IMG/VR virus record: IMGVR_UViG_3300044723_011313
Coordinates: 2,942 to 66,941 of that record
Reading direction: 5' to 3' (one strand)
DNA length: 64,000 nt
DNA from: a virus
Lineage: Duplodnaviria > Caudoviricetes
Translations under genes and position numbers: made by a program
Notes under the pieces: generated by a model
What the model was told of the DNA's origin: nothing
Database searches by the model: none
Seen by the model: only the letters and a program-made list of their open reading frames with translations
In this document: piece by piece, positions 26,701 through 35,480 of the stretch
Position numbering within the stretch: the stretch's first letter is position 1
Layout: each line of letters opens with the position of its first letter

Positions 26701-29700
26701 GGAAAAATGATGAACCATATTACCATCGAGAAGAGGGAAATTACTATATTTCAGTAGAATTGCCATATCAGTGCATAACAAGCAAAGAAGATTTGCAAAG
26801 TAAAATACCAGAAGCAATCGAAAAAGGAATAGTAACACTTCTTGATTTCTACAATAAAGAATATCAGCCAAGCGATGTTTCCAAGCTTGCACAAACAGAT
26901 CTTGCTGTTGAATATCTTGACTACAATGTAGATCTAAGACCGGGATCGTATGTGAAAATGCTGGTTAGACTCGGCGGAATTTATCTGAATGGATTCCCAA
27001 CCAAAGCCGATGATTTGCAGCAACTAAAAGAGCAGTCAGACAAGATATTATCTTTGGATGCGGCCTTTTATCAGAAGCACTTAGAGCAGGCTGTGTTTGG
27101 TTTGAACAAACTTTATATTGAATTGTTCGCTTCTAATTTTTCTTTGAAAGGATTCAACATCATCAAAGAAGCAGATCGTCTTGCTAATGTAGAGAATTAC
27201 ATCAAGAAGTTGCTTTTGCTGAACGAATATGATCTTACAAAGCCCGGAAATCATGTAATTGATGTAGGTTTCACTGATAATTATCAGCTAGTTTACATGT
27301 CATACAGAGAAGAAGGATCTCCAGAAAAGAAGCTCTCAATTGGATTTGAGGCTTTCAAAAACTCAAGTCCTTTTACTGACAAAAACACGATGGCTCTTTT
27401 CTATTATCACAGACAGCTTCGTAATCCAACACTCACTTGGCAAAGAATGGTCGATGAATATTTGCCAGAGCCAAAACCTGAAATTGTTGCAAAATCTTTT
27501 GGTGATGGCTTTGATTATCCTTCCAATAGATGTTCGCCACCAAGTTTCATCGCCCCAGATTTTGGAGACATTATTGAAAACTTGGCAGCCAAATTAGATC
27601 AGCAATTGAATATTGATCCAAGATTTGATCTGGGTGCATTTGAGTTTAGTTTGCGAAAGTTCTTGCCACCTTGCCCAAAGCCTCCGGCAGGTCGAGGAAA
27701 TGCACTTTTCAAAACGACAGTTGATTTGGCAGGAGATCAAAACATATATGAAAATCTAGATTTTCTCATGAATCTAACAAATGAGAGAGATAGAATTACT
27801 GAATATGTAGGAGATTTTCTAACATCGGCGGGTGCTCTGAGAGATATTAGAAACAAGGTTGTCAATCTAGATGACTTGCATAAGTATGTGACATCAATGA
27901 TTGATGTTCCGACACTGTACAACACTTTATGTCGCTGCTTTATTGATCTTGCTGGCATTGACGATGTTACATTACCAAACTTCGAAATGAAAGCATCTGG
28001 CGGATCAGCAGGCATGTCAACTTCTGCTGCTCTTCAGGGCAAGTCGAAAGATGAAATTTTGAATATGAAAGGTCCACAGGCTTCTGTGAACACTGATCCA
28101 ATCACTATTGATGCGGCAGATTTGTATTGTTCTTTCTGTTTAGAAGTGCCAGACCTGTTTGTCAGATTGCCAACAACCAATATTCTTCAATTTTTGATTG
28201 ATGGGTTACTCAAGCTTCTTGAATTTATTTTGACACAATTGTTGTTAGAATTGATTGCTGCACTCTTAGAGGCATTGCTGACATGTCCTGATATCCAGTG
28301 CCCACCCGGACAAGGTAATTTGAAAGATTACGGCGGTCAAGATCTAAACAGTATCGTCGCAAGCACAGGGGTTCCAATTCAAGAATTTTTCAACACTTGC
28401 GGAATTGTAGTTGGACCAGAAGGGCAGCAAGAATTGCAATCATTCTTGGGAGGTGTTTCAAAAACAATCAGTTCTGGTGAAGTTCTTGATTTGTTTGACG
28501 GATCTGCTGATATTGCTGTATATGAATCTGTTCAAAAAATCCTCGTTGATTATCCAACAATACAAAAAGAATTGTCATCAAAAACAAAAATAGAAGACTT
28601 CTTTTTGTGCATGGGATTACAACTTCCAATTGAGGTGATCGACGACATTGAACAAGATATCGCTACAAAATTCAAAGACCCTGAAGTTTGCAGAGACATC
28701 CTAGAAGATACCAAAAAGACACTCAAAGATAAGTGTGGAATTGTAGAAGATGCAAATAAGATATCTGCACGAGCAGAAGGGACTGATGTAGAAAAATATA
28801 AAACTCTTGCCGACATTATTAGAAAACAAAACGATCTGTCAACTCAACTTCCTCCTTTGTTTTCTGATGGAAAAGGCAATATAGGTATTATGTCAGAAAT
28901 GAAAATACCTTCAATGGAGTATGCTATAGATAAAGCTGCAACTTCTTTGATTCTGCCAATTGAAGTAAACCTAACTAAAGAATCCAAGACTTTTACAAAA
29001 GGAGGAGGTAAAAGAGGATATGTTATTCAGGATCCAGACCTCAAGCAGGTGCTGGCTTTCCCTCCATTTGTTGCAGCAGCACTTGCACCATTCATGCCAA
29101 ACTTGACAAACAGGATTGTAAACGATGTCGATGCTAATGCTATCGGAGGAATGAATGAGTTTGTATCCATTATACAGTCTGAAAGTGCTATAAAAATGAA
29201 ACTAGATTCAGATAATCTTGTTACATTGTTCTTGAAGCCTCCTGTGTCAAAGAATCAGATTCCTACATATACAGATAATTTTACTATTTTCGTGAAAAAC
29301 GAAAGACTAGGAGATTTCACTATAACTCCTTCAAGTGTTGGCGGCATATCTGATGAACAAATCAAGATGTTGGAGAAGTACCCTCTTTTCTCAACTGCAC
29401 CAACGGATGCAGACGATAATGTATATTCTGAGCAATCACAATATTTTGCAGGATTGTTTCTGAAGTCACTTGGATTAGGTACGGAAACTGAACTAGGTGG
29501 TCAAACCAAAATTGTATTCGGTGATAGCACTGCATTATCTCCAATTAGAAATGAAATCTGTAATAATTTATTTTTCTTGATATACAAGAGAATGTTTGAT
29601 GAAATTTCGAAAGCTATATCAAATGGGGAATTGTTGAAGAAATTTGATGCCAACCCTTTTGAAGATCTAAATGAAGAATCATTTGCATCTGCAAGTGATA

Positions 29701-31652
29701 GGATAGCAAATAGCTTATCTGGTGGTATCACATCTTTGTTGAGCATATTGGGGGACATCAAGATTTACAGATCAGAAATAGAAAACATCGATTTTACACC
29801 AACTAATTCTAATGTACCTTCTGATACACTTGGTATGATCAACTTCCCATTGGTAAAAGAAGTTATCAAAAAGAATTACGATTTTTCTCAGTTCTATGAT
29901 CCAAATAGTACAGAGCTTGGAATGCCCCATTTTGCTATGCTTGAAGGGTTGACTGTTGCAATGGTACAAATGTTTGTAGCAGATTTCTTTGCAAAATCTA
30001 TTTTTGTGATTTCAAAGATCCCTGTAAACTTCTTTACTGATGATTATTCGCTAGCAGATGTTATTGTGAAAGAAATGGATCTGTTCATGTCTCAAGAAGT
30101 TCCAAAAGATCAAGCCTCTTTTTACAAAGAAGCACTCCTGAGAGTGATATCAAATAAGTCAGAATGGGAGTTTTTAGACTCAGAAAACACAGATTACAAT
30201 TCTCCGGGGAGAATCTATGATGCTTCACTGGCAAATGAAGTTGTTGTATATAATTGGAAAGATGCAGCAAAATACTTTATAAGACAGTATTATAAATCAC
30301 CAATTGTTTTCATCAAAGATAGATTGAACAAGACAGAACTGAAAGACAATGGAGTTGCAATTGCAGGAAAGAAAAGAATCGAACAACTAAATCCTTTGAC
30401 GGTATTATCTTATCCAAATATATTAGAAATATATGACGGAGTGAAGAGTGAAGAAGTTGGAACAAGTTCTATATGTGCAGCAGAAAGAATAAATGATTTC
30501 AAAGACGGAAAGTTTTTCTATCAATATTACTATGAAATTGTTGATTGGGATGAGAATGATCCTTTATATAATCAAAAGCTTATTTCTGCTCGCAAGAAAA
30601 ATGGCTACAATGGAAAGCTCAGTGCTGAAACCATGAGAGTATTTCTTACTCAGTTATATCTAGGAGCAACATATCAAGAACAAGGTTTTGAACCAGATGA
30701 ATCACTCAATTATGGATTTACTTCAGAATATATTGATAAGCTCAAATCACAAACTTGGGCAGAAAAATGGTATAATGTACCTCTAAATGATTTATTCAAA
30801 GATATTCGAATTGGTGTAAGATACTGCTTTGGCTATGCATACACTGGGGATCCTGTCTTGAGCAATCAGGGAGAATTCCTTAACATCAATCAGAATGAAA
30901 CTTTGCAAGAAATACAAAAGACAATATTCAATTTGAATTTCGGAAATGCAAACACCAATCCTATATTTTCCGGATCTACAAGCAAAGATATCAACGAGTT
31001 AGAGGAAACGGTCCAAGAAACTATCAAAAGAGAAAAAAGCATTAGACTTGTGGAAAATACAAATGTAGATGGTCCTATATTGTTCGGCATTCCATCTGAA
31101 AGAATTTCATATATTTTCCCTATTTTTGAAAAGTCAAAGTCTATCTCAAGCTGGAATCAAGGACTTACAGGAGTCGCTGAGACTCTAACTTTTGACAAAG
31201 GGTTGTATCAAATTATACATGGGTTCAATTCAGAAGACATGTTCTCAACTAATGGTCCGATAACTAAAAACTTCGGTGATCTTTTTTATGAAGATAGAAT
31301 TCAGACAACTACTTTCAATCTTTTGAAAGAGATGATCAACTCGGATGATTTCCAATTGTTGTATAAATATGCATTTTCAGTACCGAAAATATTATATACA
31401 ATATCTATTTATACTATCTTGGCTGTCTCAGCACAGAATACATTTACACCTGAAGGTGAAGTAGCATCAGGATCAGTATCGGGGCAGAGACTAAACAGTG
31501 CCTTCAATAGAACTAAAAAGTCTATATTTGAACAAATGAAGATGGTTGGAAGTATCCGTGGATCAGAGTCTTATAAGGAAGAACCAGACTCTATAAAACA
31601 GCAAGGTGGACCTTCTGGAATTGCAAATTCAAATATAAAAGGAGCACCATAG
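23715..31652 (+). CDS. 2645-aa virion protein with SH3b-like segment and long hydrophobic helix (hub/tape-measure/ejection candidate)
   Basis: Uninterrupted ORF between the spike and gp25; SH3-like 26343-26528; hydrophobic helix 28182-28286 flanked by Cys pairs. Confidence 0.55.
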   Translation: MSSGYEDIYFKVPTKKNLKLKSSVTMRLPLMDNESYGSITVRKKESKHSQKVSDSGVYQYDVSLESLLKMNAAQVAELVSRAFIPKAIRYALAYHYFGYPTVNSTTDKDGNLYFPRFGKTENFQGIDDAAGENLGSLIEIAEKAGLEENIIDKYRVGLYEYLRGAYDESAGGYGSFNVWFNTKVDPIEQTIDISKVGIKNDSLGKGNSVIRNDFYDDVRQNLTKTYAKMWNPGSSTAMFMAGSTIPYNKGFDGVSQNEILSYDNFNFNADQNATLQFLVGPKGNSKWYYSQQPGTPDNEKDFKTSNLVTAYKLFPTEAGVAGTLIYSLSPNIAVDQSVAKVWDYIIDSAPLVNINQAKGNYNQPVQGKDSDGNDPLPLRFYVNAVDNTDLGKPDNTKQGSPTVKPEDLQTLGFTNYLGGYYPKTIAQTEENRTIDNAYSGGDLLFLPKNIEAFRAMKALAKIGLINGWSTPSSKEYNNGALYTTNHLLEIYDPDRDGILFGNETTPGAETDENYEEAYYQSETIESTPLQGVLNMSPRDFDEWMYNEANGFGTNSDKTGTQIPSPVSIMKVFSDHFCAGFFKRIPNGSWYVLKNYAFANTGKPSKLVFPVWNYSKEDIISIGYERRIDSSSETELGQFSSQIQSNPEVLLQDNVAVPDWVSGLQVYPSISEEYIGYGLGLASMGVFADPPSQVPLSNEEQNELYSIENEEYRNFIFDNVSEWKGYKKGQNWNGSAGLPWIGIDVDENGVPFAELRYSIELDIDESMLLTDMVKRNVFTLGGTALEYEAAGFDVDQLLLATKGNVTGDSLSEAYEEAVAKQTGPNIDFSEFPFLVTGDTEVGQVLPDEIYFEAQKVVDKRSDTKAVSSIIFSNEGLKTVALKESPGPRAKNIGYLDNFTLVKVLKESVNGKGDYNQIEIVDLRSQREGQVGFVEPKDLVSLKPPQSPVLQTDGTPATFTISYPKFFNDQFKLEGYSLGETEIIQMSEMARALVPTWWKNDEPYYHREEGNYYISVELPYQCITSKEDLQSKIPEAIEKGIVTLLDFYNKEYQPSDVSKLAQTDLAVEYLDYNVDLRPGSYVKMLVRLGGIYLNGFPTKADDLQQLKEQSDKILSLDAAFYQKHLEQAVFGLNKLYIELFASNFSLKGFNIIKEADRLANVENYIKKLLLLNEYDLTKPGNHVIDVGFTDNYQLVYMSYREEGSPEKKLSIGFEAFKNSSPFTDKNTMALFYYHRQLRNPTLTWQRMVDEYLPEPKPEIVAKSFGDGFDYPSNRCSPPSFIAPDFGDIIENLAAKLDQQLNIDPRFDLGAFEFSLRKFLPPCPKPPAGRGNALFKTTVDLAGDQNIYENLDFLMNLTNERDRITEYVGDFLTSAGALRDIRNKVVNLDDLHKYVTSMIDVPTLYNTLCRCFIDLAGIDDVTLPNFEMKASGGSAGMSTSAALQGKSKDEILNMKGPQASVNTDPITIDAADLYCSFCLEVPDLFVRLPTTNILQFLIDGLLKLLEFILTQLLLELIAALLEALLTCPDIQCPPGQGNLKDYGGQDLNSIVASTGVPIQEFFNTCGIVVGPEGQQELQSFLGGVSKTISSGEVLDLFDGSADIAVYESVQKILVDYPTIQKELSSKTKIEDFFLCMGLQLPIEVIDDIEQDIATKFKDPEVCRDILEDTKKTLKDKCGIVEDANKISARAEGTDVEKYKTLADIIRKQNDLSTQLPPLFSDGKGNIGIMSEMKIPSMEYAIDKAATSLILPIEVNLTKESKTFTKGGGKRGYVIQDPDLKQVLAFPPFVAAALAPFMPNLTNRIVNDVDANAIGGMNEFVSIIQSESAIKMKLDSDNLVTLFLKPPVSKNQIPTYTDNFTIFVKNERLGDFTITPSSVGGISDEQIKMLEKYPLFSTAPTDADDNVYSEQSQYFAGLFLKSLGLGTETELGGQTKIVFGDSTALSPIRNEICNNLFFLIYKRMFDEISKAISNGELLKKFDANPFEDLNEESFASASDRIANSLSGGITSLLSILGDIKIYRSEIENIDFTPTNSNVPSDTLGMINFPLVKEVIKKNYDFSQFYDPNSTELGMPHFAMLEGLTVAMVQMFVADFFAKSIFVISKIPVNFFTDDYSLADVIVKEMDLFMSQEVPKDQASFYKEALLRVISNKSEWEFLDSENTDYNSPGRIYDASLANEVVVYNWKDAAKYFIRQYYKSPIVFIKDRLNKTELKDNGVAIAGKKRIEQLNPLTVLSYPNILEIYDGVKSEEVGTSSICAAERINDFKDGKFFYQYYYEIVDWDENDPLYNQKLISARKKNGYNGKLSAETMRVFLTQLYLGATYQEQGFEPDESLNYGFTSEYIDKLKSQTWAEKWYNVPLNDLFKDIRIGVRYCFGYAYTGDPVLSNQGEFLNINQNETLQEIQKTIFNLNFGNANTNPIFSGSTSKDINELEETVQETIKREKSIRLVENTNVDGPILFGIPSERISYIFPIFEKSKSISSWNQGLTGVAETLTFDKGLYQIIHGFNSEDMFSTNGPITKNFGDLFYEDRIQTTTFNLLKEMINSDDFQLLYKYAFSVPKILYTISIYTILAVSAQNTFTPEGEVASGSVSGQRLNSAFNRTKKSIFEQMKMVGSIRGSESYKEEPDSIKQQGGPSGIANSNIKGAP

Positions 31653-31653
31653 A

Positions 31654-32049
31654 GTGGCTAATTATTCACCATTATTGCCTTTGACATTAGATCCAATCAC
31701 TGGATATAAGATGCTAGATAACATCAAAGATGTGGTCAAGCAAAACTTCAAGATGCTTATTCTTACCAATCCGGGCGAGAGAATTATGTTGCCTGATTTT
31801 GGAATTGGAATGTATACTTTTTTATTCGAACAAGATAATCCACTTTTATATCAGAGAATACAACAAAGAATACAGACCCAAACAGCAAAATACTTGCCGT
31901 TTATTACTGTTCAAGATGTACAATTCGATAGCATGGAAACAAATTCTGAATATACCGAGAACAGAACTTTGAAAGTAACAGTAACATATTACATCAAACC
32001 CTTGAATGCTTCTGATGTGCTATCCGTATCTGTTTCCAGTGGCTACTAA
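31654..32049 (+). CDS. Baseplate wedge protein, T4 gp25-like
   Basis: VKQNFKMLILTNPGERIMLPDFGIG, YLPFITV. Confidence 0.9.
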   Translation: MANYSPLLPLTLDPITGYKMLDNIKDVVKQNFKMLILTNPGERIMLPDFGIGMYTFLFEQDNPLLYQRIQQRIQTQTAKYLPFITVQDVQFDSMETNSEYTENRTLKVTVTYYIKPLNASDVLSVSVSSGY

Positions 32050-32085
32050 ATGTTTGCTTTATTGTAGGTAAACATTTGTTTTTTT
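32048..32085 (+). terminator. Weak intrinsic terminator-like hairpin after gp25
   Basis: AAATGTTTGCTT / loop TATTGT / AGGTAAACATTT (12 bp, 2 G-U) followed by a T run. Confidence 0.45.
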
Positions 32086-32095
32086 GACTATTTAC
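32086..32095 (+). promoter_or_regulatory. Putative late-promoter motif GACTATTTAC
   Basis: Intergenic, directly after the hairpin and upstream of the GAGGAG SD and gp6 start. Confidence 0.55.
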
Positions 32096-32115
32096 AAGTT
32101 GAGGAGAACAATAAA

Positions 32116-33921
32116 GTGCCTTTTGATAAGAAAAAGATAGTCCCTATCAATTATACAAGCAGAGACTTTGCAACCATCAAGAGAGATCTTGTCACATATG
32201 CAAAGAGATATTACCCAGATAATTTCCAAGATTTCAGTGAAGCCTCGTTTGGTTCTCTGATGCTTGATACTGTCTCTTATGTTGGAGACATATTATCGTT
32301 TTATGTAGATTATGCAGCCAACGAATCTTTCCTTGATTCAGCAATAGAATACAACAATGTCATAAGATTAGCTAAACAACTTGGCTATCGTTACACTGGG
32401 ATCCCTGTTGCAACAGGACAAGTCACTTTATATATTTTAGTCCCAGCATCTTCAACTGGAACAGGACCAGATCTAGATTATGCTCCAATCCTCAAAAGGG
32501 GTGCAAAGTTTACATCCGGAGGCGGAACAACATTTACACTGAACGAAGATGTAGATTTTTCTAATCAAAACAACGAAGTTGTAGTAGCAGAAGTAAATTC
32601 ATCAACAGGTGTACCAACAAGATATGCCATAAAATCATATGGTCAAATCATATCTGGAGAATTGGCAGTAGAATTCATCGAAGTTGGAGAATATCAAAGA
32701 TTCCCAAAATATGAATTAGCAGGAAATAATATTTCTGAAGTTGTTTCTGTGTTTGATTCAGAAGGAAATGAGTATTACGAAGTAGACTACTTGAGTCAAG
32801 ATGTTATTTATAGACCAATTACAAATAATGCTAGCGATAAAGATAAAGTTCCTTTTATCTTGCAACCTTATGGGGTTCCAAGAAGATTCATAACGGAGAC
32901 AATTGGGCAAACAACTACAATTCAATTCGGATATGGATCGGAAACGAACTTGACAAATGAAAAAATATCAGATCCAAGCAAAGTAGTATTGAATGTTCAT
33001 GGCAGGGATTATGTCACAGATCAAAGTTTCGATCCTACCAACCTTATTGAGACTGATACATTGGGGGTCGCTCCTTCCAATACCACCTTGCAGGTGACAT
33101 ATAGAATCAATGGTCAAGAAAATGTAAATCTTGCTGCAAATTCTTTAGTTAGTGTTGGCGATACCACCTATGACTTTGGAAATGTAAATCAATTAGATTC
33201 TCAAAAAGTAAGAAACACTGTATCCTCTTTGGAATTTGAAAACGAAAAGCCAGTTGTAGGAAACATATCGCTACCAAACTCTGAAGAGATAAAATATAGA
33301 GCATATGGAAGCTATGCTTCGCAAAACAGAGCAGTTACAAAAGAAGACTACATTGCAATGATTTACAATATGCCACCAAAATTTGGTGCAATCAAAAGAG
33401 CAAACATTGCTCAAGACCCGAATTCATTCAAGAGAAATATAAACTTGTATACTGTTTCAGAAGATGTCAACGGATTCTTGACACAACCTACAGAAACATT
33501 GAAAAAGAACTTAAAGACTTGGATAACAAACTATAAAATGCTAAATGATACCATAGACATCATGGATGCCACAATTGTCAATGTTGGTATTGAGTTTGAA
33601 GTAGTAGCAGATGTTGATACAAATAGATTCAAAGTCTTGGCAGAGGCTACAGAAGCCATTAAACAAAAAATGACTTCTTCGAAGTTCAACATTTCAGAGC
33701 CTATCAGATACGGAGATATCTTTCAAGCTCTAAAAGAGGTAGAAGGATTGCTTGATGTTGTAAAATTGAGAGTGCTAAAGAAGACAGGATCAGCCTATTC
33801 ATCAGCAGATTTTGACATTGACAGGTACACAACAGCAGATGGAAGAATGATATTGGCACCAGAAGATATTATTTTTGAAATAAAGTTTCCTGATATCGAC
33901 ATAAGGGGCACTGTTAAATAA
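32116..33921 (+). CDS. Baseplate wedge protein, T4 gp6-like
   Basis: INYTSRDFATIK, DFSEASFGSLMLDTVSYVGDILSFY, LAKQLGY, QNRAVTKEDY. Confidence 0.9.
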   Translation: MPFDKKKIVPINYTSRDFATIKRDLVTYAKRYYPDNFQDFSEASFGSLMLDTVSYVGDILSFYVDYAANESFLDSAIEYNNVIRLAKQLGYRYTGIPVATGQVTLYILVPASSTGTGPDLDYAPILKRGAKFTSGGGTTFTLNEDVDFSNQNNEVVVAEVNSSTGVPTRYAIKSYGQIISGELAVEFIEVGEYQRFPKYELAGNNISEVVSVFDSEGNEYYEVDYLSQDVIYRPITNNASDKDKVPFILQPYGVPRRFITETIGQTTTIQFGYGSETNLTNEKISDPSKVVLNVHGRDYVTDQSFDPTNLIETDTLGVAPSNTTLQVTYRINGQENVNLAANSLVSVGDTTYDFGNVNQLDSQKVRNTVSSLEFENEKPVVGNISLPNSEEIKYRAYGSYASQNRAVTKEDYIAMIYNMPPKFGAIKRANIAQDPNSFKRNINLYTVSEDVNGFLTQPTETLKKNLKTWITNYKMLNDTIDIMDATIVNVGIEFEVVADVDTNRFKVLAEATEAIKQKMTSSKFNISEPIRYGDIFQALKEVEGLLDVVKLRVLKKTGSAYSSADFDIDRYTTADGRMILAPEDIIFEIKFPDIDIRGTVK

Positions 33922-35480
33922 TGGCTATTAAAAGATATATTGCTACGGCTGACAATACAATTACAAATGCATACGAAGCAAATCTCACAACGAGAGGCAC
34001 CGGATCAAACATGGGTGCAGCAGATGTTGTTGAAGTGTTTTATATTTACGGACAAGTATCCTCATCTTCTGGAGTACAAACAGAAAAATCAAGAGCTTTA
34101 GTGCAGTTCGATACCGATTCTATCAACACTGATAGAGGAAACGGTTTGATTCCTGCAAGTGGCAATGTTTCTTGGTATTTGAACTTGTATAATGCTCCTC
34201 ATGCTTTTACATTACCTAAAAACTTTACTATGTCTATTTTGGCAGTGTCTTCTTCGTGGCAAGAAGGTACAGGCTTGGATATGGAAAACTATTCAGATCT
34301 TACATATGAAAGCACTGGCTCTAACTGGATTCGTAGAGGGGCTAGTGGTGATGGATTTACTGACTGGACATCTGAAGGAGGGGATTTCCTAGAAATATCT
34401 CAAGTTGTTAGTTCTAGTGGATATGCATCATATACTGCTTCTTTTGTAGATGGAACAGAAAATATTTCTGTCGATGTAAGTGATTTGGTAGAAAAGTGGC
34501 TTGAAGGTGCAACTGACAATTATGGATTTGCAGTTTTGATGTCGGGAGGATATGAATCTGGTCCAGACTCAAATTATACTAAAAAATTCTTTGCAAGATC
34601 AAGTGAGTATTTCTTCTTAAGACCAAGCTTGGAAGCTCGATGGGATTCTGCACAGAAAGATGACACAGGTAACTTCTATCAAAGTAGTTCTTTGGCAACA
34701 GGAGAAGATAACCTAAACAAGATCTATCTCTACAACTATGTAAAAGGGCAACTCAAAAATATACCAGATAGTAATACACACTCGGATACTAACCAGATTT
34801 ATGTAAGTGTGTACTCTAATTCTGCTGGAAACATTTACGATAAGTTGCCTTTACCAATTGGTGGGGATGTAGTAGCTGGAGGCGATGTCAATGTCACTGG
34901 AGGGATTGCAATAGGGCCAAAAGGTGCCATTGAAGGTGTGTACACTGCATCTTTTGCAATGTCACACTCAGTTGAAGATGTTTATGCAGTGTGGCATTAT
35001 GAAGATCTGGTTGCTTATCACACAGGTTCTGCAATAGAAGTGAAAGATTTGCAAGCATCAAATTATAATCCAGACCCTGATTATGTAACAGATATAGAAA
35101 ATCTAAAACCTTCTTATTCTACAAGTGAAAAAGCTAGATTTAGATTGTTTGTAAGACAGAAATATTGGAACCCAAATATTTATACAGTTGCTCAAACTGA
35201 AATACCAACTGAAATTATTGAGGATGCATACTATTCTGTTTATAGAACAAGTGATGATTATGAAGTAATTCCATTTGGAACAGGATCTTCAACTCAACCT
35301 CAATCATTGGGAAGTGCTGGATCGTATACTAGATTATCTTACGATGTTTCTGGCAACTATTTTGATTTAGATATAAGTTTGTTGCAAGCTGGTTATGAGT
35401 ATGGTGTTAGGTTCGCATATTACTTGAACAACTCATACAAGGAACAGGAAGAAATTTTTAAGTTTAGGGTTGAAAAATAA
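33921..35480 (+). CDS. Baseplate-associated beta-rich protein (DNRLRE-like N-terminus)
   Basis: ADNTITN, SRALVQFD, WQEGTG, VSDLVEKWL, NYGFAV, KKFFARS, RPSLEARWD. Confidence 0.55.
   Translation: MAIKRYIATADNTITNAYEANLTTRGTGSNMGAADVVEVFYIYGQVSSSSGVQTEKSRALVQFDTDSINTDRGNGLIPASGNVSWYLNLYNAPHAFTLPKNFTMSILAVSSSWQEGTGLDMENYSDLTYESTGSNWIRRGASGDGFTDWTSEGGDFLEISQVVSSSGYASYTASFVDGTENISVDVSDLVEKWLEGATDNYGFAVLMSGGYESGPDSNYTKKFFARSSEYFFLRPSLEARWDSAQKDDTGNFYQSSSLATGEDNLNKIYLYNYVKGQLKNIPDSNTHSDTNQIYVSVYSNSAGNIYDKLPLPIGGDVVAGGDVNVTGGIAIGPKGAIEGVYTASFAMSHSVEDVYAVWHYEDLVAYHTGSAIEVKDLQASNYNPDPDYVTDIENLKPSYSTSEKARFRLFVRQKYWNPNIYTVAQTEIPTEIIEDAYYSVYRTSDDYEVIPFGTGSSTQPQSLGSAGSYTRLSYDVSGNYFDLDISLLQAGYEYGVRFAYYLNNSYKEQEEIFKFRVEK

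Noticed and set aside
31681-31710. TTGACA-N18-TATAAG inside the gp25 gene
   Set aside because: The -10 lacks the conserved final T, the spacer is suboptimal and the site is in a late coding region; probably chance.
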